DNA of 63,122 bases, filler included, from Octopus bimaculoides (taxonomy: Eukaryota): the NCBI RefSeq assembly GCF_001194135.2. It is 8 parts of 8 records of this genome, joined end to end, with 100 filler letters (N's around TTAATTAATTAA, not from the genome) between each part and the next. Parts side by side here need not be neighbours in the genome. Positions count along the whole stretch, not along the records: positions 12,979 to 30,956 come from NC_068991.1; positions 31,057 to 43,062 come from NC_068984.1; 6 more parts are not named here. The stretch is one strand, 5' to 3'. The translations under genes and the position numbers were made by a program. The notes below the pieces were generated by a model. The model did no database searches. It worked only from the letters and a program-made list of their open reading frames with translations, and was not told the origin of the DNA. Shown here one piece after another: positions 27,424 to 39,734 of this stretch; the first letter of the stretch is position 1, and each line of letters begins with the position of its first letter.

Positions 27424-27861
27424 CATAAATTTCATCATGCATGTTAAAATAATGATGAAAGATTGAATGATACATATGTGATATGTATGAGATTTGAAGC
27501 ATATTTCAGTTGTGTATTTAATAGTTTCAAAATATATTTACACTTAGTTAATACACACCAAAATTTCAATTAATTGATATTAGCATTAGGCATAGAATGA
27601 GAAAAATCAGCCGGGTATATATCGATTTCAGAGCATAATATTTACAGTGAAACAATGCAGGCTTCAATTGGAATTGTGTAAACAATGAATGAATATCACT
27701 TAGGATCATTAAATTTTCCTGATAAACAAAACTATATAGATCATTTTTATCTTGGCACTTGGCCAAAATTTCTATTTGAAAGTATGTTATTATGAAAGGA
27801 ATCTGTACTTATATAACTGGTATGTATAATTCATTTCTAAGAAACCGGAGCGTAATTTAAT

Positions 27862-28437
27862 TGGTTTCAAATTTTAGCACAAGGTCAAGAATTTTGGTGG
27901 GAGGTGGTAAGTCAATTACATTAACCCCAGCGCCCAACTGGTGCTTATTTTATCAACCCTAAAAGGATGAAAGGCAAAGTCAAAATTGGCAGAATTCGAA
28001 CTCAGAACAGAGACAGACGAATTGTCACTAAGCATTTTACTCTTTTACTTGTTTCAGTCATTTGACTGCGGCCATGCTGGAGCACCACCTTTAGTCGAGA
28101 AAATCGACCACGGAACTTATTCTTTGTAAGCCTAGTACTTATTCTATTGGTTTCTTTTGGCGAACTGCTAAGTGACGGGGACATAAACACACCAGCATCG
28201 GTTGTCAAGCAATGCTAGGGGGACAAACACAGGCACACAAACACAGACACACACATATATATATACATATATACGACGGGCTTCTTTCAGTTTCTGTCAA
28301 CTAAATCTACTCACAAGACTTTGGTCAGCCCGAGGCTATAGTAGAAGACACTTGCCCAAGATGCCACAAAGTGGGACTGAACAATGAACCATGTGGTTGG
28401 TAAGCAAGCTACTTACCACACAGCCACTCCTGCGCCT
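27862..28437 (-). mobile_element. Family A SINE (28039-28437) abutting or inserted in the head of a family B SINE (27862-28035)
   Basis: The family B sequence stops at ctaagcatttt and runs straight into the family A tail actcttttacttgtttcagtc. Confidence 0.8.
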
Positions 28438-28749
28438 ATTTTGTCCATCATGCTAACAACTTGATGCCAACTTGTTTTCTTAGAGCACTATTTAATTAAC
28501 AAGTGTATGTTCAGTTTGCAGTACTACATTCCAGTACTCCTGATGATTTGAACAAAGTGTTGTGAAGCAACTGTTGCGCTCAGAGTTTCTCAATGTTTTT
28601 GATCAACTGTTCAAAAGAATCTTGAGTTGTAATTTTGATTATGTTCTACATAGAATGGCTGTCACACATTTTGTTCTCTGATGCCATGTGGAACTGCATT
28701 CTTAATACAGATAGAAAATATGTTTGAAATCCTTTAACTCTTGAGACAT

Positions 28750-29346
28750 CAAATGAGGAGATGGAATGGGAAGAAAAGAAGGAAGGAAATGAGAAAGGAA
28801 GATTGAAGATTGCAGCAGGAAGATTAATGAGGAAGAAGGAGGAGGGAAAGGGAAGTAGGATGGTGAGAAAGGGGAAGAGGAGATGAAGATGGAGGTAGGG
28901 TGAAGGGGAAGAGGAGTAGAATAAGAAAAGGGGAAGGAAAAAGTAGGAAGTGGAGGGGAAGGAGAAGGAAGAGGAGAAGAATGGGAAAGCAGAGGAGAGG
29001 AGAGGAAAAAGAAGAGGAACCAAGAGGAGGAAGGAGAGGAGATGATGTAACAGAAGAAGGAGAAAAGGAGGAAGAAGAAGGAGAAGAAGAAGAAGGAGGA
29101 GGATGAGGAGAAGAAGAAGAAGAAGAAGAAGAAGAAGAAGAAGAAGAAGAAAAAGAAGAAGACGAAGAAGAAGAAGAGAAGGAGGAAGGGGAGGAAGAAG
29201 AAGAAGAAAAAGAATGAAGAAGAAAGAGCAGAAGAGATAGATAGCCTGAATAAGTGAGAGGAAACTGAATGAAAATGAGGAGGTGGACTGACACAGAAAA
29301 GAGAGAGGGGGTGGGGGGAAGAATGAGAGAGAGAGAGAGAGAGAGG
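28750..29346. repeat. Purine-rich (GAA/GGA)n low-complexity tract
   Basis: Direct reading. Confidence 0.9.
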
Positions 29347-29740
29347 NNNNNNNNNNNNNNNNNNNNNNNNNNNNNNNNNNNNNNNNNNNNNNNNNNNNGA
29401 ATACAAAAACAGAAAACAAATAACAATCATAACATCAACAACAAGAACAACAACAGAAACGAAAGTGGAAAGTAGGAAAATGCTGTGGATTTGTTTGCTG
29501 CTACAATTTGTAATTTGAAAACAACATAAAAATATCTAAAACAAAAAAAAAACAAAAAAAAAAAATAAAATAAAAATGAAATAAATAATATAAAAAAGCT
29601 CCAAGCTCCTTCAAAGAAAAAAGTCATTAAATGTTCATTAAATACTCCCAAATCCAAGCAATGCTCTGTTGTAGCAATACTGCATATTCTATGTATTGAT
29701 CTAACAGAAATAATGGCATCATCATCATCANNNNNNNNNN

Positions 29741-29783
<43 letters not shown>

Positions 29784-29784
<1 letters not shown>

Positions 29785-29903
29785 GATGCCAAGGTCAACT
29801 TTGCCTTTTATCCTTTTGGTGGGTTGATGAAATAAGTACCACTTGCATATTGGGGTTGATGTAACTGCCTTGGCCTTGTGCAAAAACTTGAAATCATCGT
29901 TAT

Positions 29904-29937
<34 letters not shown>

Positions 29938-30328
29938 CCACCATCATTATTATTATTATTATTATTGAGTGAGAGAGCAGTGCATGCCATCAAAGTGACA
30001 CTGGGGTAAAATATACGAAGCCCATTATACCCATCATGACTACCCGTCTGATAAGGGTACATCAGGCACATTATTATTATTATTATTATTATTATGCCAA
30101 GGTCAGCTTTGCTTTTTTTCCTTTCGGGGTTGAAAAAAATAAGTACCAGTTGTGTATTGGGGTTGATGTAACCGACTTATCCACTACACCAAAATTACTG
30201 GCTTTGTGCCAAAACTTGAAAGCATCATTATATCATTATTAATATTATCATTATCATTATTATTATTATAACTACTACTACTACTACTACTACTATTACT
30301 ATTATTATTATTATTATTATTATTATTG

Positions 30329-30368
<40 letters not shown>

Positions 30369-30610
30369 TGAAGGTGGTCAGCTGGCATTACCATTAGCAC
30401 ACTGGACAAAATGCTTCACAGCATTTCATCCATCTTTACATTCTGAGTTCAAATTTGGTCAGCTTTGACCATCGTCAACTTTGCCTTTCATCTTTCCAGG
30501 GTTGATAATATAAGCACTAATTGAGTATCAGTTGAGCACTGAGGTCATTGCAATCAATTTACCCTTCACCCAGGACATTCCTGGCCTTGTGCCAAAATTT
30601 GAAACCATTA
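29784..30610 (+). mobile_element. Cluster of family B SINE fragments separated by (ATT)n/(ATC)n
   Basis: gccaaggtca(a/g)ctttgc...aaataagtacca at about 29787, 30095 and a longer copy at 30368-30610. Confidence 0.7.
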
Positions 30611-30689
30611 TTATTATTATTATTATTTTTATTGAAGATGACAACCTAGCATAGCCATTACTGTGCTGGACAATATATCATCATCATCA

Positions 30690-30956
30690 TCCAAGTGCCA
30701 GTGAGGTGAAGCTGGAAACGATCGCACTCAAATGGTGTTTTTTATGTGCCACCAGCACAGAAGCAAGACCACTGCTCTGGCAGTGATCCAGCTCGGTTGG
30801 TGCTGTTAGCGCTCCACTGGCACAGGTGCCAGTCATCGAATTTGGTTCAATTTCGATTTCGATTTCACTTCCCTCAACAGGTCTTCGCAAGCAGGGTTTT
30901 GTGTCCAAAGAAGGAAAGGTATGCATAAGTCGGCTGACTACACCCCTGGTAAAGGC
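30690..30956 (-). mobile_element. RTE 3' UTR fragment
   Basis: Reverse-complement similarity to 43163-43400 (gaaatcgaaatc...cttgcgaagacctgttg). Confidence 0.7.
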
Positions 30957-31736
30957 NNNNNNNNNNNNNNNNNNNNNNNNNNNNNNNNNNNNNNNNNNNN
31001 TTAATTAATTAANNNNNNNNNNNNNNNNNNNNNNNNNNNNNNNNNNNNNNNNNNNNAATAATAGGGGGCAACTAAAGCGCGGAGGTATTATGAGATGTTT
31101 GAGGCCGTAAATAAATAAAAAATCTCTATCTTATCTGCATCTTGAGATTTCGTCGTAGTATGTCAGCGAGATAATTTAGAATGGGTTTCTCATTTATATA
31201 TAGCCCGAACCTGAAGACCTTAAGGAAAAACTACGAAAGAGAGAGAGAGAGGATGGAGGGGTAGACAGAGGCATGGCGGGAGAAAAGATCATCATCATCA
31301 TCATCATATATATATAGGAAGAGAGAGAGAGAGAGAGAGGGGGGACCAGTCAAGCAGCACATCACGCTGTAATTCTTGGGCTGAGAAATGTGTTTTAGAA
31401 AACAGAGTCAAAAGATTTTGAAACAATTTCAACAAGGCCAACCATATTTATTTTGTAATTGTTGTCTCTCCTTACAACTATCACATCTGTTTGTTCCACT
31501 ACATCAACAGTAGGAGGAGCAAGAGGGTATTTGTGTCTGTTTAAGACTATATGAACACTAAACACAATTAGCAAAAACATAGTACATGCTATGAAGTTTT
31601 CTTCACTTGTGAAGTCATTTTGTATCTCGTAAAACTGAATGGGCAATTATTGAAAAGAGATATTCAAACTCAAGAACAAAATGGTTGTTCATTTGTCCAT
31701 CATCTTTATGATAGCTTTAGAGAATCTATGACATTT

Positions 31737-32082
31737 TATCTTTTATCTTTTACTTGTTTTAGTCCTTGGACTGTAGCCATGCAGGAGTAAAAGCTTGAAG
31801 GGTTTCCAGTCAAACAAACCAATGCCAGGACTTATTTTCTTAAAGTCTGGTACTAATTTTATTAGTCACTATTGTCAAAGTGCTACGTAACAACCAGATA
31901 AATAAACCACTGGATGGGGATACACACAGACAAAAGACAGACTTCCACACAGTTTCAGCCTTCCAAATTCAGCCACCAGGGCTACAGTTGAAGACACTTG
32001 CCCAAGGTGCTGTGCAGTGGGACTGAAGCTGAAACCATGGTGTTGCAAAACCAGCTTTCTAACCACACAGCCATGCTTGTGC
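31737..32082 (-). mobile_element. Diverged family A SINE
   Basis: Tail ttttacttgttttagtc and head gaagacacttgcccaagg...accacacagcc. Confidence 0.75.
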
Positions 32083-32831
32083 CTCTTGGGAACAACTTTT
32101 AAACACCTACAAAAACCTAGAAGCAATGAAAAAAGTCACCATCGAAAGATCAGTTATTGTTCTGGAGTTACACATAAAATAGTTCTGATGTTAGCCACAT
32201 CAGAAGTGGCAATCATTTACAAATGATGACGACTGCAATTTGGGAATCGGCATTTATTAATTACTCCCACAACAATCTTTTAATCTGTAATCTATATAAC
32301 AAGTTTCACATTAAGCTTTGTAACTTGGCTAATGGATATGTTATCAATAAGGATTTACTTTATAATCCATATGGATTACATTAGTTTTCACAACACAAAA
32401 CTAAATTATTTTCTTATGGCTTCTATTTCCACATCCACATGGACGCACATGACAGGGGAAAACAATTTATACATTACATGTCAAATATGATCATAACATG
32501 TCAAGTGTGTACATATCTATATGATTACAAGTTTCCACTTAAATCTCTTAGACAATGTCCTCTATATTTTTCATAATAACATTGCCATGGTATAATTTAT
32601 GAATCAAGTATCTATGTAAGTATATTATTCTGACCTTGTCGGCAGCAGAAAACACTATGCACCAAAGCAGTTCAGTACAGAGAACAGGTTACACAATGCT
32701 TCAGAGCCAGATGGCTATATTCAGGACTAAGCAGATTTTCCACTATCAATTTACTCTCTCTGTGCATAAATACATATATATATATATATATATATATATT
32801 ATACACACACACACATATACACACTCACGTA

Positions 32832-32864
<33 letters not shown>

Positions 32865-33199
32865 NNNNNNNNNNNNNNNNNNNNNNNNNNNNNNNNNNNN
32901 NNNNNNNNNNNNNNNNNNNNNNNNNNNNNNNNNNNNNNNNNNNNNNNNNNNNNNNNNNNNNNNNNNNNNNNNNNNNNNNNNNNNNNNNNNNNNNNNNNNN
33001 NNNNNNNNNNNNNNNNNNNNNNNNNNNNNNNNNNNNNNNNNNNNNNNNNNNNNNNNNNNNNNNNNNNNNNNNNNNNNNNNNNNNNNNNNNNNNNNNNNNN
33101 NNNNNNNNNNNGAAAGATAGATATATAAAAATATTACTAGTAAATAATATTAGTGCCAATCGAAGGCAGGAACCATGCAGGCAAGTTTATGAATATATA

Positions 33200-33330
33200 T
33201 ATATATATTTATATGTAATCAGATTGGAGCCTGGTGTAGCCATCTGGTTTCACCAGTCCTCAGTCAAATCGTCCAACCCATGCTAGCATGGAAAGCGGAT
33301 GTTAAACGATGATGATGATGATGATGACGA
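33200..33330 (+). mobile_element. RTE 3' end with (GAT)n tail
   Basis: cgtccaacccatgctagcatggaaagcggatgttaaacgatgatgat. Confidence 0.75.
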
Positions 33331-33331
33331 C

Positions 33332-34094
33332 GTTAGATGTGAAGTACAGAATTGAATATTGAGAAAAAAAAGTCGTCAGAATTTTGGGAAAAAAATCCTT
33401 TTATTTCTTCATTATTATTAGTGCTTTTGTTCCTCTCCAGAACTTGTCAAAGACAATTTTGTGAATGTACAAACAACTTGTTCATTTATATAAAACATGT
33501 TTTTGGGGGGGTTTTGTTTAGAAGAAAACATTGTTTTTGTTTTTTGGGGTGAGGTTCCAAGACAATGGAGATGGATAGATAGAAATATAGGTAGGTAGAT
33601 GGGCTGATGGATAGATGGACGGACGGTTGGTCAGACAGATAGACAGATGGGTAGAGGGGAAGAGAGAGAGAGAAGGGGTATCCACCTTCCTATTTACCAT
33701 TCATTTACTTAATTATTTTTTCCTTTAACATTGTACTGGAATGGGTTTAAGGATGGTCTCTCTTTCCCCTCTACCATCTGTCTATCTGTCAGACCAACCG
33801 TCCGTCCATCTATCCATCAGCCCATCTACCTACCTATATTTCTATCTATCCATCTCCATTGTCTTGGAACCTCACCCAAAAAAACAAAAACAATGTTCTC
33901 TTCTAAACAAAACCCCCCAAAGAACATCTGTTTTATATAAATGAACAAGTTGTTTGTACATTCACAAAATTGTCTTTGACAAGTTCTGGAGAGGAATGAA
34001 AGCACTAATAATAATGAAGAAATAAAAGGATTTTTTTCCCAAAATTCTGACGACTTTTTTTTCTCAATATTCAATTCTGTACATCACATCTAAC
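33332..34094. repeat. About 335-bp inverted repeat at the 5' end of the PLE (inverted pseudo-LTR arrangement)
   Basis: 33332-33667 is the near-exact reverse complement of 33757-34094; also visible as mirrored ORFs MNIEKKKSSEFWEKNPF on both strands. Confidence 0.92.
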
Positions 34095-34099
34095 ACTCT

Positions 34100-37000
34100 A
34101 CACATATCCCCTTGGATGTACAAGACACCAGAATGAATGGAACACAATCAAACTCGCAGCCGAGAAACACCAAAAATACAGAAGAACTTCTTACAGAAAT
34201 ATCTAATAAGTTAAATTTACTTATTTCAAGACTGGATGCAAGCTTCATGAAAATAGATAGAGCTGTGAATGATACCCATACAGAAGGTGGCTCCAACAAC
34301 AGAGACAAACAACAAGAAAGTAGTAAGAACTAACTCACTTGAAACCACATCTCTGAAAGAAACTCCTGTATCAAAGGAAACATCCATATTGGAAGAGCAT
34401 TTGATGCAACAGTATAGCAAATACCTACCAGAATTGGCGAAGTAAAGAAAGCCTAATCCTGCCCAGAAAATTTCTTATTAAAGAAATAAGGAATGAATCA
34501 CTGGAAGAGATAAGGATACATGCGAATTTAGCTCTATGCCAACTGGAAACAAATCGCTTTTCTACAATCGCAAAAAAACAAGACACAAAGAAAAAGTGAA
34601 AAATATTGACGCAATTATATTTGCTGAAATTGCTGAGCAGAGCGACAATTAATGTCATGAAAAACTGAAAAAACTACGGAAAGAAAACACAAAGCAGGAA
34701 GAAGAAAAATCCATAAAAATGTTGGAAAAACAACAAGAATGGTTCATTGACTATGAAAAAAACTATGGAGACAAATCCATTATGAAAACGAAAACACAAC
34801 TACAAAGAAATACGAGGAAATGGAAAACAAACATAGACACTAACCCCAGCGGAACCGAACTGAGGTATTGACCCTCTAATTACCCAAGAACATATGCAGA
34901 AATGGCCTCCATCTCACCTGAAGTAGAGACTAGAGACCCATATTCTAGAATACATAACACTGCAAATAACCAACAAATAAAATATAGAAGACAATGATCA
35001 ACCCATAAGTCCAAACACCATAGATGGATAAATGGAAAGGAAAAAAGACATGAAAGGCAACATACAGACAACCACCAATCCGTAATAACATGTACCCCAG
35101 ATGGATGAATACATGGGAAGAAAAACAAATAAAATACAGACAACACAGGTACTATAATAGGGATAATAATCACCTTGATAACTCAAGGAACCCACGATTT
35201 ACGTCCAAAAATCCCATATGTCCTGAATGGCGAAAAAAGCATGGAAGATGGGAAGAAAACAAAATTTATAATCAACGGAATTCGTATAAAAGACATGAAC
35301 CATCCTCTCACCTACATGGAAACCAGAATGTCTGTCGAGATCAGAAAACGGAGACGTGTTAACACAATTCCTTTTTTAGGGAAAAAATACCAAAACCATG
35401 CAACGAACCCAATAATATACAAAATTTAATTAAACACACCCAACATGTAGGCCCGGAGATCATAAATTTGTCAAATAGGAACCTCAACAAGAATGAGATG
35501 AACCTCCTATTAAAAGGTTTCAAGTTTACCCCGACACCCACCCCTAATCTCATTGAACTGAAATCTGATATTGAACACTTCAACCAACATCCGACTTATA
35601 GAATTCTTCAGCAATAAAGATTTAAATGATGAATCAATAATCAGAAATAAATCCCCCCTACCTACAAGGGAAGGGACAAATATTTAGATGCGTATATAGA
35701 CATGATTTCAAAATTTCCCCTAAAAACCAACAGATGCAAACAAAACCTTTGTGAAGAAGAAAAGGAAGCCTTACAAACACTGAAAAATGACAACTCAATC
35801 ATCCTAAAAGAAGCGGACAAGGGAGGGGCGATAGTAATGATGGACAAGGACTATTATAAAGATAAAATATTGGAAATGTTAACAAACCAAACCTATACAA
35901 GGAAGAACAAAGACACCCCAAAAAAACATTAATGAATAAAATCAGAAGACTATTCAATGACTTCCAAGATTCCTTCACAGAAAAGGAAAAAGATTATATA
36001 TGCAACTCTGTAATCAAAGAGAGCGATTTCTATGGATTACCCAAAATCCACAAAAGCTCCGAAATACAAAGTGCCATAAATAAGCAGAAGAACCAGTGCG
36101 TAAAAATACTAAGGCCTGCTGACCTCAAACTAAGACCAATAGTTGCTGGACCTCAAGCGCTAACACAACAACATTTTTTATATCTACTCCTAAAACCTTT
36201 GTGCCCTTTAATACCCAGTTATGTATGAGATGACATAGATTTCATCCGACACATCCCTCCCACTGTCGCAGAAGGTACTATACTCACAAGTGTTGATGTC
36301 ACCACACCAATGACTATACTAATATACCTCACACTTTAGGCCTAGAAGCAATCCAACACTGGGCAGAGAAACATAGAGAACGGACAAATGAACGCTTCAA
36401 GACTGACTTCATCACCAAGGCCACACACCTGGTACTAGAGGAAAATACCTTTAAACTCGACAATAAAACATATCGAGAGGTAGAAGGGTACGGCTATGGG
36501 TATGCGGTTTGCATCCTCATATGCAAATTTAGTTATGGGATACTTGAAAGAAAAACTTTATTAGGAAGTAGAAAAAACTTTTGATCAGGAATACAAGAAA
36601 TATATCATTAAAAAGTTGAAACGCTTCTTTGATGATTGCTTCATCTTCTGGGACAAATCGAATGAAGATGTAAATATATTTAATAATATACTGAACACAC
36701 TTCACCCATCCATCAAATTCACGACAGAATCCAGTTGCAATGAACTACCATTCCTGGATATCCACATAAAAATACAGAACTCCACAATCACAACAGAAAT
36801 GTTTTACAAAAAAACTGACACACTCCTACAAAGCCACAAAATGAAAATTTTGATTGAAAAAAACTCCTTACGGAATAGCAGACACTAACCAAAAAATCTT
36901 AAAAAACACCACACAAGGGCAGAATTCAAACCAGAGAATGAATCAGAATTCTTAGTAAAAGAATGTGGAGATAGGAGATGTGGAACATGCAACAATATCA

Positions 37001-37362
37001 ACAACTTCAAATACTTGGAAAGTGGTTCCCACATAAAATTCAAGAGTGGATTCCTTTTCAAAATAAGTGCAGATATGAAATGCAAAATGCAAAACCTCAT
37101 ATATTGCATTACCTGCCCAGACTGCAAAGAAAATTACATTGGCGAAACAAATAATTCTCTCTGCCAGTGTGCAAGAATCCACAGGCAACATATCCAACAA
37201 GAAGAATTACACAAGATTCCATTAAGTAAGCATCTGGAAATATGCGGCGATGGAAAATTCAAAATTTTTGCCTTTTAAAAATGTGAATGAGATGATCTGC
37301 AGTACCAAAAAGCAATGGAACTACATTTCATCAAAAAATTCTCTCCAAAATTGAATGTTTGA
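34100..37362 (+). mobile_element. Decayed Penelope-like element (Neptune-like), RT plus C-terminal GIY-YIG endonuclease
   Basis: Broken frames contain KEADKGGAIVMMD, FYGLPKIHK, LRPIVAGP, GTAMGMRFASSYANL, KRFFDDCFIFW, LPFLDI, Cys-rich ECGDRRCGTC, and NLIYCITCPDCKENYIGET. Many stops and frameshifts. Confidence 0.93.
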
Positions 37363-37732
37363 AAGAAAAATAGAAACAGTATATTTTGTAAGTGTTATGC
37401 TAATGTTCTCTAATGCAAAATCATGAAATTGAAAGAGGCGTGATTGAAGTTATACGGTATAAACATGGACATATTTTCAACTACACACACACCCACACAC
37501 ACACAGAAACATGCACACACGCATGCGCACACACACACTTCATCACGGAATCCTCCCTAAAATTGAATGTTTGAAGGTAAAGTGGAGAATTTGAATTCTT
37601 TATTCCATCCTCTCTACAAATGTTCACATATATATGTGTGTAGCATTGGGATGTTCTAGTTTTACATATAGATATGTGTGTATGTGTATGTGTGTATATA
37701 TGTGTGTGTGTGTGTGTGTATACATGTATGTA

Positions 37733-37775
<43 letters not shown>

Positions 37776-38039
37776 NNNNNNNNNNNNNNNNNNNNNNNNN
37801 NNNNNNNNNNNNNNNNNNNNNNNNNNNNNNNNNNNNNNNNNNNNNNNNNNNNNNNNNNNNNNNNNNNNNNNNNNNNNNNNNNNNNNNNNNNNNNNNNNNN
37901 NNNNNNNNNNNNNNNNNNNNNNNNNNNNNNNNNNNNNNNNNNNNNNNNNNNNNNNNNNNNNNNNNNNNNNNNNNNNNNNNNNNNNNNNNNNNNNNNNNNN
38001 NNNNNNNNNNNNNNNNNNNNNNNNAATGTATTTTCATGC

Positions 38040-38420
38040 AGAACTACACTTTATCAAAAAATTCCCTCCAAAAATGAATGTTTGGGAGGGATATATTCTA
38101 AATATAACCCAAAGAGGAGAAACAGAAAGAAGGAAAACAGAAAGAAGAAAAGAAGGAGAAAAAGGAGAAAAAAAGAAGAGATAGAAAGAAAGCAAAAAAA
38201 CTTTCAGCGATGACCGTTATTTTTTTTTTTTAAGATCATCATCTTTAAATCCATTCCAATACAATGGTAAAGGAAAAAATAATTGAATAAATGAATGAAT
38301 GGTGAATAGGAAGGTGGATACCCCTTCTCTCTCTCTTTCCCTCAACCCATCTGTCTGCCTGCCTGTCTGTCTGTCTGTCTATCTATCTTTGATGGACCCA
38401 TACTTCTACCCAAAATTCTT
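38040..38420 (+). mobile_element. 3' pseudo-LTR region of the same PLE
   Basis: 38040-38085 repeats the endonuclease end (37318-37362). 38236-38390 matches the 5' inverted copy (aataggaaggtggataccccttctctc). Confidence 0.75.
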
Positions 38421-38505
38421 CACTATACTCATATATATATATATATATATATATGTATATTATCAGTTTCAGCTCAAAGATGCAGCCATTCTGGGGCACT
38501 GCCAT

Positions 38506-38580
<75 letters not shown>

Positions 38581-38994
38581 GTCTGGATGAATGTGAGTTC
38601 ATCCTTTAATTGGAGAAAGTTCCAAAGATTTATAACGTTTCGTTATACTTTACTATTGAATTTATGAATGTAAATTTGTATGGGCATGAAAACTTATAGA
38701 GAAGTAATCAGTATATAATTTAACTTATTAAGCAGAGTTCAACAAGTTCGTTCATATTTATGTAATGGAGGAGATTAAATGTTAAAAAGGGTTATAGTTT
38801 TTATTATTTATGTTGCTATACAATTTGCTTCATACAGAAAGACACAGATATTCATAATAGAAAATCGAAATAGTTAAATTTCTACTCATCAGTAGCTGGG
38901 ATAAAAACTAAACATTAGAAGTACATAGATTTTCTCTTAGTAGTCATATTGTAATAATGTGTTTGTTTTTGGAGTCATGCCTATTTTAAACAGC

Positions 38995-39138
38995 AGTCTA
39001 TATACATAAGAAAAGGGAAAGATGGCTGCTTATAAATGCCAAAACCTTCCCAGGCGAAGATTGTATCCCACAACATAGACTAGAAGTTAGTGACTTCAGG
39101 ATCAGGGCTAAGTGGTTGCCCAGAAGACGACCAACGTG
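38995..39138 (+). mobile_element. RTE endonuclease C-terminal fragment
   Basis: Translates KRERWLLINAKTFPGEDCIPQHRLEVSDFRIRAKW; similar to the minus-strand frame at 41673-41750. Confidence 0.7.
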
Positions 39139-39473
39139 GAGGACTATCCATCTCTTTTGCTGAACCGCTAAGTTACGGGGATGTAAACACACCAACATCA
39201 GTTGTTAAGTGATGTTGGGGGGACAAATACAGACACACAAACATATACACACACATACACACACACACATATATACACACACATACATATATATATATAT
39301 ACATATATACAATGGGCTTCTTTCAGTTTCCATCTACCAAATCCACTCACAAGGCTTTAGTTGGCCTGAGGCTATAGTAGAAGACACTTGGCCAAGGTGC
39401 CACACAGTGGGACTAAACCTGGAACCATGTGGTTCGGAAGCAAACTACTTAACACACAGCCACTCCTATGCCT
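39139..39473 (-). mobile_element. SINE family A, tail-truncated
   Basis: Head plus central microsatellite plus partial tail. Confidence 0.88.
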
Positions 39474-39734
39474 ACAATATATATATGCATATATACAATA
39501 TATATATATAAAGACTAATTATTAATAAAATATTATCAATCAAAAATAATCGAAAATATAACACTATTCAAATCGAAGTTCTAATATTTTGTCCTTAATA
39601 TTATTATTATATATATATATATATATATACATATATATATACACACACATATATATATATACATATATGAAATATATATGTATCTATATATATGTATATA
39701 TATATATATATATACATATATATACAATATATAT

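Noticed and set aside
31476-31536. Minus-strand exon-like HKYPLAPPTVDVVEQTDVIV with gtaagg donor
   Set aside because: Weak acceptor, no recognised protein, and phases do not join convincingly with nearby candidates near 29700 and 32640.
34046-34052. CTGACGA in the PLE inverted repeat
   Set aside because: No stem II or GAAA downstream, so not a hammerhead.
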